From Mayamaea pseudoterrestris (taxonomy: Eukaryota), in the NCBI GenBank assembly GCA_027923505.1, contig BROI01000037.1, positions 62,001 to 126,000 on the forward strand: a stretch of DNA of 64,000 nt, in the 5' to 3' direction. A program made the position numbers and the translations under genes. Shown piece after piece: positions 44,574 through 54,537 of this stretch (its first letter is position 1; the number at the start of each line of letters is the position of its first letter). A model generated the notes under the pieces. It made no database searches. It saw only the letters and a program-made list of their open reading frames with translations, and was not told the DNA's origin.

Positions 44574-46667
44574 TCAACCAAACTTCTCCTGTACATCCTT
44601 GGTCGCATCCCATTGATTCACCACGGAATCAGCACCGACCGACAAGATCTGCACTCCAGCCGCTTTCTGTAGTACATGCAAGCCGGTAATGCCGCCGCGA
44701 TGCGCGAATCGGTAATGGATGCGACTCATCTTCTTCTCAATGCTCCAAACGTAAATTGAGTCGTCAACGCCACCGCTCACAAGCATCTTATTGTCAGCCG
44801 CCCATGACAATTTCGTTACCTTTTGCACGTGAAAACACCACTTGCCGCGTCCAACAATGGACGAAAGGTCGCTGAGTTGCGTAACTAGAATATCCTTGTC
44901 ATCGCCCGACGCCAGGAGCTTTCCGTCCAGACTCAGCGCCAGTGAATGAATCGGTTTGAGGTGCTTTCCATCAATTGTTTGTGTCTCGGTCAATGTTGAA
45001 CCATCATCGCCAATGGAGTAAATGTGTATATTGGCATCCTGGCCCCCAACATACACCATCCTGTCATCCTTGGAGACAATGGCGCAATTGGCTTCGTATG
45101 GAATCAAAATCAAGTCGCTTACCTTGCCATCGGCATTGACAAGTAGCAGCCCCTTCACTGTGACAATAAGGCCAACGTTTGTTCCAGTACTGATAGAACT
45201 GGGCTGCGCGTGTAATGAAACGCCATCTTTCTCGATGCTTCCGTCCTTTAATGACGCCACCCACATGGTATCGTCCCATCCAACGGAGTAAAGACGTGAC
45301 GACGTCATGGCGACGCCGCTCACCGCCGCTGGCTTGGCCGTCGTTCCATGCACGACGTTCATCAAGTCAGGGTCGCCCCCCGGAGGTTCCAAACGACGCA
45401 AGCACTTGGTTGTTTTTAAATCCCATTCACACAAAATGCCGTTTGTGTCACCCGTGAAAAAGATTCCGGATGCCTCATCGACAGCCATGCTGGAAATGGG
45501 TGCGTAGTGGCCTGTGATTGTCTCCATCTTCCCGCCAGAGCCTGGCATTGGCAGAGTCGACAAGACTCCATTGTATCCGACACTGACTGGCGTGTTCGAT
45601 GCCTTGACAAACGTACATCCAAGTTGGGTTCCTCCGACTGGTACCTTATCGAATGCAACTCCCTTGGCTTGATGCTCTGCCACTTTCCAATCATGAACTT
45701 GTTTGAGACTAATGTTGGAAGCATCGCTGTCGAGCACTTGAAACAGTTTGCATGTTCCGTCGCCCGACGCCGTCATGATGTGAGCATCGTCTCCACTCCA
45801 AGCGACGCTGTAGATAGTCGCAGCATGAGCATCTTCCAGCTTGGTCTTGACTGCAAATGTATTTCCATCATACAAGACAATGCTTCGGTCCGTTCCCACC
45901 GTCGCCACCAACGATCCATCCTTTTTCGAATTATATCGCACGCACTGAACACCTCCACGAGCATGTTCATCCTCGGCCGGCACTCCATCTTGACAAGCCA
46001 CGCGCTGAAACGGCGGTCCCTGATGAAAGTAGCACTTTGGTTCATCCATACCTGCCGTCACAATGCGCAACGGCCGCTCCGGTTTGAAGGCTACACTGGA
46101 GACGCGTCCCTTGAGAAACTGCATGAGCGATCCCGCCGATACGCCGTCCCACTGAATCGTGACGGCGCACTGCGATTGACGCGCATCCATGCGCCGCTCT
46201 CCGCCAATGGCGAGTCGCTTGGATTCGCCGTCCCAAGCCACGTCGCGAATGGGTCCCTGCAGACAGGATGGATTCTCGTACTTGGTCAAGTGCTCGACGT
46301 GATCCAGTGCCCACACCCGCAGCGATCCCTTGTCGTCGCCACTGCAAACGTAGGCGCCACTGGCAGATAGTTTGGCAGCCGTTGGGTTGCCGGTGGAGCA
46401 GTGACCCCGATAAATTAAGCAAGAAACTATGGGCGAAAACTCTTCCTGCTGCAACAAGATGGATTCATCCAGTGTGCGAACAATCACACTCTTGCCACTG
46501 CAATACGTCAGCAGCGGCTTGGTGGAAAACAAGCGACCAGAGTCTCCATCCAGCGAGCAGCGAACGCTTCTAGTAGGCGATGGCAAGGGTGGAACACTCT
46601 TGACGACGGGGGCGTCGGCTGGAAGGCAGGCATTGGCGGCGGATGGTCCAGAGCTGCTCAATGACAT
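44574..46667 (-). CDS. WDR1: WD40-repeat protein, actin-interacting protein 1 (AIP1/WDR1)-like
   Basis: Double beta-propeller; SGAYVCSGD..G.LRVW, GPIRDVAWDGESKR, FKPERPLRIVT, GPPF, WCFH are AIP1-type motifs. Confidence 0.88.
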   Translation of the reverse strand: MSLSSSGPSAANACLPADAPVVKSVPPLPSPTRSVRCSLDGDSGRLFSTKPLLTYCSGKSVIVRTLDESILLQQEEFSPIVSCLIYRGHCSTGNPTAAKLSASGAYVCSGDDKGSLRVWALDHVEHLTKYENPSCLQGPIRDVAWDGESKRLAIGGERRMDARQSQCAVTIQWDGVSAGSLMQFLKGRVSSVAFKPERPLRIVTAGMDEPKCYFHQGPPFQRVACQDGVPAEDEHARGGVQCVRYNSKKDGSLVATVGTDRSIVLYDGNTFAVKTKLEDAHAATIYSVAWSGDDAHIMTASGDGTCKLFQVLDSDASNISLKQVHDWKVAEHQAKGVAFDKVPVGGTQLGCTFVKASNTPVSVGYNGVLSTLPMPGSGGKMETITGHYAPISSMAVDEASGIFFTGDTNGILCEWDLKTTKCLRRLEPPGGDPDLMNVVHGTTAKPAAVSGVAMTSSRLYSVGWDDTMWVASLKDGSIEKDGVSLHAQPSSISTGTNVGLIVTVKGLLLVNADGKVSDLILIPYEANCAIVSKDDRMVYVGGQDANIHIYSIGDDGSTLTETQTIDGKHLKPIHSLALSLDGKLLASGDDKDILVTQLSDLSSIVGRGKWCFHVQKVTKLSWAADNKMLVSGGVDDSIYVWSIEKKMSRIHYRFAHRGGITGLHVLQKAAGVQILSVGADSVVNQWDATKDVQEKFG

Positions 46668-47223
46668 GTTTCTCTGTTTATGGAGTGCAATTGATGCGAA
46701 TAAGTGTCTCAATATGCTTTGATGAGGAGCTGATTGTAGATTTTGGAGATAGAATACGTGCGATGAAAGGAACGAGAGACGCGTTGAAAGTCTTTCGACT
46801 TGTCAATGGAACAACGCACGGTCATCCATGGTGACGCAAATGACGCGACCGAAAAGATTTTGCGTCACAAGATCCGTTTTCAACGTGAAGACAGTTAGGG
46901 TTGTGGTTCAGTTGGGACGAGTTCGCCCCCACATCTTCAATCGTGGGTGAGTACACTTCGATGTATATTAAATTTCGATTATTAGCAAGAAATTGGTGCC
47001 GCCCCTAACTAAACTTCCGTCTTGATGTTGGGAAGTTGCGAGCCATCCAACGCTGCGCGCGTCACACTCCGATTGTTCTGCCGCAGCAACGACAGCGTCT
47101 GTTTCTTCGCCTTGCTGTCAACCTCACAAAAGAATTTTGACTGTTTCGACGGAGCGACTAAAACACGCAGCGGCTGCTAGTGCAAGTTCATCTTCTTCTT
47201 CTTCCACTAGTCTTTTTACAAGC

Positions 47224-49457
47224 ATGCTATCGGCCAGTCTCCGCTCGCAGGCTGCGATTCGCCGCGTCCTTTCGACGCAAGGAGCTCGTACCATGTCCAC
47301 CTCCCTGGAGCAGTTTGAGGACTATGGCAAGTCCGTCTTCACCGGCAAGGTTGCCAATACCTACTTGGGCAAGCATGGAGCGACGGCGGAAATTCTAAAG
47401 GATCCGCTGTGGGTAAAGAACCATGCCGACATTGTAGCGCAAGCTGTCTTTGACTGGTGAGTTATGTATGAATGAGGGGCTGTTTGACCGTCGAGCAGCA
47501 AGTACCTTTGCTCACTCCAAACGCACCTCTATTTTAACTCGCACGCAGGGCCCTCGACAATGGCGCCAACGTCTACTGCCACTGGTTCCAGCCCATGGGA
47601 GCGAGCGGTGTCCGTCACGGACAAACCGGCCAGGTCCACAATATGATGTTGAAGTTCAACGCCGACAATGAAGTTGTGCAGGATTTCAAGGGCAAGACCC
47701 TCGTCAAGGGAGAGACGGATGGTTCGTCCTACCCAAACGGAGGCTTGCGCGGAACGCATGAAGCTGGCGGATACCTTGCGGTGGATACGTCCTCTCCCAT
47801 TTTCCTTCGCGCCGACACGGTCTTTATTCCGTCCGTCTTGGTTTCCTACTACGGAGCCGCCCTCGACGAAAAGACGCCCCTCCTGCGCGCCAATGCGGCG
47901 CTCGACAAGCATGGATCGCGCTTGCTGCGGCACCTTGGTTTGGATGTCAGCTCCGGCATTCAAACGAACATTGGCCTCGAGCAGGAAATCTTTTTGATCC
48001 CCCGCGACCAGTACTACCGCCGCCCCGATTTGCAGCTCACGGGCCGCACCTTGATTGGCAAGTCGGCCCCGCGTGGACAGGAAATGTGCGACCACTACAT
48101 GGCGCCGCTCTCCAGCGCCACGGCGGCCTTGCCGTGCATGCAGGAAATTCAGGACGAGTGCTGGCGATTGGGTATTCCGCTCAAGACACGTCATCGTGAG
48201 GTGGCGCCCAATCAGTTTGAGTTTGCGCCGCTCTACGGAAGCAACACGACGCAGATTGATCAAAATGTAATGGTGATGCAGATTATTGAAGAGGTCGCAG
48301 CCAAGCATGGACTTGCTGCGTTGTTGCAGGAAAAGCCCTTTCAAGACATCAACGGGTCTGGCAAGCATAACAACTGGTCCATTGCCACGCGTGACGGAGT
48401 CAATTGCTTGGACCCTGATGAACTGACCAAGGCCACTGGCAACAAGGCGGCCTTTCCCATTATCATGGCGGCAATCATTTCGGCCATTGATGAACACGGT
48501 GATTTGATGCGTGCGTCCATTAGCAGCCCAGGCAATGACTTTCGATTGGGAGCATGCGAGGCGCCTCCGTCCATTGTTTCCACCTACCTTGGAACGGACA
48601 TGACCAACTACTTGGAAGGCTTCATGAATGGATCCGATGTGCCGTATAATCCGGGCAAGAAACTTTTGGACTTGGGTACCCGCGAGGTTGTTCCCTTTGA
48701 GGTTCCGGCCGAGGATCGCAACCGCACGTCCCCCTTTCCTTATGGAGGCGGTCGTTTCGAGTTCCGTGCCGTTGGTTCCTCGCAGAACGTCTCTTTTGTC
48801 AATACTGTTTTGAACACAATTACGGCTGCCAAGTTCCAGGAGATTGCGGACCGTATCGAGGCTGGCGAAGATGGCGCCAATGTTGCCCGTGAATTGTTGC
48901 GAAAGCATTGGCGCATTATCTTTAATGGCGACAACTACAATGAGGCCAATCAAGTCATGTTGACCGATCGTGGCCTCTGGAGAATCGACTCTGGCGTTGA
49001 AGCTTTGGCTCGCTTGACTGCTGACAAGAACATTGCTCTTTTTGAAAACATGAAGGTGCTCACCCAGCAGGAGTGCGCAGCGCGCCAAGACATTCTCCAC
49101 AACCATTACATTGGAACGGTCGAGATGGAGGCGTTTACTTTGATTGACATGCTCCAGCAACACATCATTCCCTCTGTCAAGGCTGCCGGTATAGGCCCAT
49201 TGGATGAATTGAAGGCATGCGTCCCCCAACTCAAGGATGCTCTTTCCGCCATTCACGCCGCGTCTTCGTCATACGAAAAGGCCAAGCTTTGCCGCGTCTT
49301 GCGCCTCGAAACCATGGAAGAAATTCGCGATATTTGCGACGATGCTGAGGAAGTGTGTCCGGCCAATATTTGGACGCTCGCTACCTACAAGGAGCTTTTG
49401 TTTTTGGACCAAACTACTGTTCATGGAGGCTATGATGACTTTGAAGGCGAGATGTAA
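47224..49457 (+). CDS. GSIII: Glutamine synthetase type III with mitochondrial-type presequence; exons 47224-47456 and 47549-49457
   Basis: Intron 47457-47548 restores DWALDNGANVYCHWFQP; GETDGSSYPNGGLRGTHEAGGY, GLEQE, HREVAPNQFE, EKPF..INGSGKHNNWS, DRNRTSPF, FEFRAVGSSQ; N-terminus MLSASLRSQAAIRRVLST. Confidence 0.96.
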
Positions 49458-50068
49458 AAGCCCTTGGTTGATTTCTCAGTTTTGAGGGGGCGATTTGCAA
49501 TTCAAATGTGTTTGTTTTGAAACTATGTGTGTGACTTTGACGATTCGAATTTCGCTTTGTCACAGCTTTTGTACGACGAGCGAGAAATGTTTTGATTTAT
49601 AAATAGCGAGTTTAACGAGTTCTTTGAAGATTTTACCTTTGCTTATCATATTATGCCTGTGTACCGTAGTTCTTGAATGCGATTGTTCGTTGGCTACGTA
49701 AAGGCTTGCCTGGAGCAACTAATTGACTGTGAATGCAAACCATAAAACGCTCCTAACTCCTAAACATAAACTGCCATTTAGCATATCTTGAGGCAGCAAA
49801 CGTCTGTCGGATTTCGAGTCGGCCTATCGTGAGAGTAGGCATTTGGCTCTGGGTGGATGAGTGTAGACTATGGTTGCATACGATGCGAATCAGTACCGGG
49901 ACTCACCGCTGCGACTCGCATTTCAGTCTCGTGACGTCATGGATCTGCCGAAGATCCGAAACCTTCCGTTTCGTTCAACTGGCCGCAGCGGCCGTTTATG
50001 ACCATGACATGAAAGTCATTGCAAGCGAAAAGAAGTCATATTCAACTGTAACGTAGCGCAGTTAACTA

Positions 50069-53000
50069 ATGAGAACAACGATGCAAGTCAAGAATGGATA
50101 CATTGTCGCTGCAAGCAGCTCGTCTTCTACGACGTCTCTTGAAGTTCCGCTACTCGGATCTACAAGCAAAGCCTTGACAGCCTTTGGATATTCGGTTCCA
50201 GTCTTGATTGACTCGATTCGATCCAACGGCTTGCCGGCGCCTGACTACGAGACGGAGATTGTCTTTGAAGCTACTGGAGATGAAAAGAAGGAGGAGAAGA
50301 AGAAAAAGAAAAAGACTGGTCGTGGAGGAGGCGAAGCTGTCAAAAAGGATGGAGATGCAGCCGCAGCAGCAGCGACTACTTCTGATGACGACAATGACCC
50401 TCCCATTATTCCCGAGCAAGACTTACCGTACCAAAGTCTCAAGCGCATGCAGCAGTCCATGAATTTGCTGACGGTTGCCCTGGAGGATATATCACGCTGG
50501 AACCACCGCGACTACTCGCAGCCAAAAAAGTCCAAGGAGGAGCATGATCGCGATCGAAACGCAATCATCAACAAGCGCGACAAGAGTCGCCGGACTGCCT
50601 TGGAAGGGCAGCGAGCGCGGCTGCAAAAGAAACTTTCGGGAGAGTCATTGAGTCCAGATGAAGTACAAGCGGCTTTGGAGCAGGAGGAGGAACGCAAGCT
50701 CAACATGGTGCGCGCAATCAATTCCACGGCAATGCTTGCGGCCGTCTTGCTTCCCATGCTTTTGCACGAACGACGTAACGATGCAACACTCAAGATTGGA
50801 AAAGTCAAGCTTAACGCTGCCAAGGCTCAGTGTCTTTTGCTAGGCGAGTTTGTCTTTGACGTTATCAACAAGCATTCCTGCGAAAGACTTTTAAATTCAA
50901 TCAAGGGGTTGCTTGGCTTGTTAATCAAGACTAATTTGCAGAATGGCGACAACTCGAGCACTGCTTGGACAGCCACTTGGCGTCATGGCATGGACAAGGC
51001 CATGGAACAGGCCGTGGCAGTGGTTGCCGATCAGCATCCGTCACCTCCGAACCACGACGAGTTTTTGCGCAAGTTTCAAAGCGCAGCCGTGCAAGACTTT
51101 GCTCATCGTCTCGACCAGAAATTTGACTTGGTGTCAACCAAGGACCAGGACGAGCATACCAAATACCTGGCTTCAATTGATGCGTTGCAAAAGCGCATGG
51201 ATGCCTTGTGCAAGAAAACGTTTGGACCGTCCTCGTACGTGACAGTATATGGAAGCTGCCTTTCCGACTTGAGCTTGGGCAAGAATGCCGATGTTGACAT
51301 TAGTTTGCACGTTGACGACGCTGACGTTTTGCGCAAGCAGTACGAGGCCGGCGAGTTGGCCGTTGAGCAATACGAAAAGCAGATGAAGGCGATTATCATG
51401 ACCATGTTTCGGTCGCTGGCGAGGAATCGAAACGAGTTTGAACGCATGGAACCTGCGGCGCGCGCTCGCGTCCCCGTGATTCGCGGAACATGGAAACCGG
51501 CCAACAATCCTCACAGTGCCGACGGATCCATTCATTTTGACGTTTGCTTACTCAACGATATTGCAGTGGCCAATTCAATGCTCGTTAAGGAATACTCGTT
51601 AATCGATGTGCGCGTGCGGCAGCTCATGGTGCTTATTAAGCAGTGGGCTAAGGATAATGGGGTTTGTTCGGCCAAGGACAATACGCTCAGCTCGTACGCA
51701 TGGGTCAATCTCGTTGTCTTTTACCTACAGAGCCTCGGGTTGGTTCCAAATTTGCAGAATGCAGAGCTCATGGCGAAAGCTGGAGTAATGCGTGACGCGG
51801 ACAATAAATGGCATTCGGTCCGCAACTTGGATACGTGTTTTGCAACGTGGGAGCAAGTCAAGGCGATTTGGACACCACCGGAGAATCTCAAAACTTTGTC
51901 AGTTTCAGCGTTGCTGTATGGTTTCTTGTCATTTTACTCGTACGACTTTTTAACGTCGCTTTACATGGTTGGTATCAAGCGAGGCGGCGGTCCGCTTGTT
52001 CCACGCACCAAGTTTCAAAGAGGAGGCTTTTTTCTCTGCGTGGAGGATCCGTTTGAAACGTACGACGCTCATATTCCGCATGACTTGGCCACTCCAGTGG
52101 GCGAAAATCAGCAACCCATCATTATGAATCGGCTGCAAGCTGGTGCTAACCATCTAGAGGCAGTCTTTCAAAGTGCCACTGCTGATGGAGACAGTAATGC
52201 AACAGTGACGAGTTTGTGGCCGCGTCCGTCTAAAGTTGCGACAGTAAAGACAGCGAGTCGACCTGCCGGTCGTGGCAGTCGACAGCGAAACAACAAAGCA
52301 CCAAGTAAATCGCCAGCTGACGGAAACGGCGACAAAAGGGACGTGCAAAGTCCTTCTGTAAAAACAGGCACCGTTGATGAGACTCTGGCAGACGATCAAA
52401 AGGTTGGCCTTAATGATAATAATAGAAAATCTGTCGGAAAGAAGCCACAGGTAGAAAGTCTTTTAATGAACGCTGACGATGCGAATGATGCAACATCGCC
52501 TTCATCGATGCAGCCAACCGAAGCTTTGGTAAATAAAGGCAATCAAAACAATCAGCGTAGGAAAGGAAAGGCCAAGGATGCTGACGGTGATACCGATGTG
52601 CTCGCCGCGACACAAGCCGGTGATGGCGGCACAAACACAAACAACAAGAATTGTTTAGGCACAGAACAAATACCAGCGGAAGATCGGCTGAGTGAAACTC
52701 CGGTTCGTGGCGGTCCCGGTAGGGGCAGAGCCGGAGGTCGTGGTGGCAGAGGGCGTGGTCGCAGCTACAGTCGGGGTGGTCGTGGCCGTGGTAGTGCGGA
52801 CGATGGTGGTAGAGGCGGTCCACGTTCGCAAGTTGCTGGACGCGGCGGTGACGGTAGCGGCCGAAGCGGTGGTGCTGCGGACGGCGGTGGCCGAGATGGG
52901 CCACGTTCGCAAGTTGCTGGACGCGGCGGTGACGGTAGCGGACGAAGTGTTGGTGGCGCGGACGGCGGTGGCCGAGATGGGCCACGTTCACAAGTTACTG

Positions 53001-54409
53001 GACGCGGCCGAAGTGCTGGTGGACGCTCTCGGGGTCGAGGTCGGGGCATGAGTGGGAAGAAGCAAGCGAGTGAGCAGCGTCTTATCCCGGCCCTTCCTCC
53101 TGGCGCAACTCAAAAATGGAATGTGATTAACGTACTGACGGAATTACAGAAAGGCGACACGCCCAAGCGAAACATTCTGGTTCGTGTCGATTTCAACGTA
53201 CCGATGAACGCCCAAGGCGAGATTGTCGATGATTCGCGTATTCGGGGAGCTTTACCGACCATTCAAGTCATTCTTCGCCACAAGTGCAACGCGATCCTCA
53301 TATCACACATGGGTCGTCCCAAACTCGTGCAGAAAGGAGAAGAGAAAGAGGAGATGCGCAAGGAAAAGCAGACTTTATCGCTGAAGCCCATTGCAGAGCA
53401 TTTAGGAAAGCTTTTGGATCATTCCGTCTTGTTTGCTGACGACTGCTTGCATGCTCAGGAAACGATCGAGAAGCTTGATAAGGAGGGTGGAAGCGTAGCG
53501 CTTTTGGAAAACTTGCGTTTTTACAAAGAAGAAGAGAAGAATGATAAGGACTTTGCGCAGACGCTGGCCAATTATGCCGATGCCTACGTCAATGATGCAT
53601 TTGGTACCTGCCACCGAGCTCACGCCAGTACAGCGGGTGTGCCTACTTTGCTTAGCCCAAAACTATGCGGAATAGGATGTTTGGTCGCGAAAGAGCTTTC
53701 TAATTTGGATTTTTCTCATGCTTCGGAATCCGAAAAGATTGCCGCAATTATCGGCGGCTCGAAAGTCAGCACCAAGCTTCCCGTAATTCAAGGCATCTTG
53801 AAGAGCGCCGACGTACTCCTCTTGCAAGGAGGATTGGCGTTCACATTTTTGAAGGCGCAGGGAATATCAATTGGCAGTTCGCTTCTCGAAGACACCATGA
53901 TTGATACGGCCAAGGATTTGTTTGACCATGCCAAAGAAAATGGCAAAGTAATTGTGTTGCCTATTGATGCCGTCTGCGCGCATTCATTCCCCGATGGACC
54001 TGTTGATAAAGCCGATACGCAAACCTTTGATTTGACGCCCGAAGCTGGGATTCCCGAGGGATGGATGGGTCTCGACATTGGTCCAAAGTCCGTGAAACTC
54101 TTTGCCGAGAAGCTTAAGGGAAGTACTAAGATTGTGTTAAATGGTCCAGCTGGCGTATTTGAGTCCACACCATTTGACGAAGGCACTCGAAGTTTGGTTC
54201 GAGTTTTAGCAGAATTGACCAAAAATGGGACGAGCACGGTTGTTGGAGGCGGGGAAAGCGTTGCAGCGCTTGAACAGTTTGGTGAGACAGACTCGGTTAG
54301 TTACGTCTCGACGGGCGGTGGAGCGACGTTGGAGCTACTGGCAGGTGATGTATTGCCTGGAATTGCTGCCATTGCCGACTACCGCAAAGGACGTCCCTAC
54401 CGTAAGTGA
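50069..54409 (+). CDS. Fusion protein: Cid1/TUT-type terminal nucleotidyltransferase (~51170-52160) + RGG linker + phosphoglycerate kinase (~53115-54380)
   Basis: Single 1446-aa ORF; YGS...ADVDI, ARVPVI, HFDV, IKQWAK, LSSYAW, EDPFE...HDL; PGK motifs RVDFNVP, SHMGRPK, LLENLRF, NDAFGTCHRAHAS, GLDIGP, NGPAGVFE, VSTGGGATLE. Confidence 0.9.
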   Translation: MRTTMQVKNGYIVAASSSSSTTSLEVPLLGSTSKALTAFGYSVPVLIDSIRSNGLPAPDYETEIVFEATGDEKKEEKKKKKKTGRGGGEAVKKDGDAAAAAATTSDDDNDPPIIPEQDLPYQSLKRMQQSMNLLTVALEDISRWNHRDYSQPKKSKEEHDRDRNAIINKRDKSRRTALEGQRARLQKKLSGESLSPDEVQAALEQEEERKLNMVRAINSTAMLAAVLLPMLLHERRNDATLKIGKVKLNAAKAQCLLLGEFVFDVINKHSCERLLNSIKGLLGLLIKTNLQNGDNSSTAWTATWRHGMDKAMEQAVAVVADQHPSPPNHDEFLRKFQSAAVQDFAHRLDQKFDLVSTKDQDEHTKYLASIDALQKRMDALCKKTFGPSSYVTVYGSCLSDLSLGKNADVDISLHVDDADVLRKQYEAGELAVEQYEKQMKAIIMTMFRSLARNRNEFERMEPAARARVPVIRGTWKPANNPHSADGSIHFDVCLLNDIAVANSMLVKEYSLIDVRVRQLMVLIKQWAKDNGVCSAKDNTLSSYAWVNLVVFYLQSLGLVPNLQNAELMAKAGVMRDADNKWHSVRNLDTCFATWEQVKAIWTPPENLKTLSVSALLYGFLSFYSYDFLTSLYMVGIKRGGGPLVPRTKFQRGGFFLCVEDPFETYDAHIPHDLATPVGENQQPIIMNRLQAGANHLEAVFQSATADGDSNATVTSLWPRPSKVATVKTASRPAGRGSRQRNNKAPSKSPADGNGDKRDVQSPSVKTGTVDETLADDQKVGLNDNNRKSVGKKPQVESLLMNADDANDATSPSSMQPTEALVNKGNQNNQRRKGKAKDADGDTDVLAATQAGDGGTNTNNKNCLGTEQIPAEDRLSETPVRGGPGRGRAGGRGGRGRGRSYSRGGRGRGSADDGGRGGPRSQVAGRGGDGSGRSGGAADGGGRDGPRSQVAGRGGDGSGRSVGGADGGGRDGPRSQVTGRGRSAGGRSRGRGRGMSGKKQASEQRLIPALPPGATQKWNVINVLTELQKGDTPKRNILVRVDFNVPMNAQGEIVDDSRIRGALPTIQVILRHKCNAILISHMGRPKLVQKGEEKEEMRKEKQTLSLKPIAEHLGKLLDHSVLFADDCLHAQETIEKLDKEGGSVALLENLRFYKEEEKNDKDFAQTLANYADAYVNDAFGTCHRAHASTAGVPTLLSPKLCGIGCLVAKELSNLDFSHASESEKIAAIIGGSKVSTKLPVIQGILKSADVLLLQGGLAFTFLKAQGISIGSSLLEDTMIDTAKDLFDHAKENGKVIVLPIDAVCAHSFPDGPVDKADTQTFDLTPEAGIPEGWMGLDIGPKSVKLFAEKLKGSTKIVLNGPAGVFESTPFDEGTRSLVRVLAELTKNGTSTVVGGGESVAALEQFGETDSVSYVSTGGGATLELLAGDVLPGIAAIADYRKGRPYRK
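52796..53008 (+). repeat. 81-bp (27-aa) coding tandem repeat, about 2.6 copies, RGG-rich
   Basis: GCGGACG unit starts at 52796, 52877, 52958; peptide ADxGGRxGPRSQVAGRGGDGSGRSxGx. Confidence 0.92.
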
Positions 54410-54537
54410 TCGAAGAACACTTACACTCCAGGAGCGCAAGAACTAGTTGCCATTTAAACACTGAAATGGATTATTTTAAAAACTTCAGTTGACTATACTT
54501 TAAGTCCGCGTAGCACTCGCTTACAACTGCATACTGT

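Noticed and set aside
47529..49256. 575-aa antisense ORF
   Set aside because: Lies exactly opposite GSIII; explained by codon bias of a highly expressed gene, and has no protein motifs
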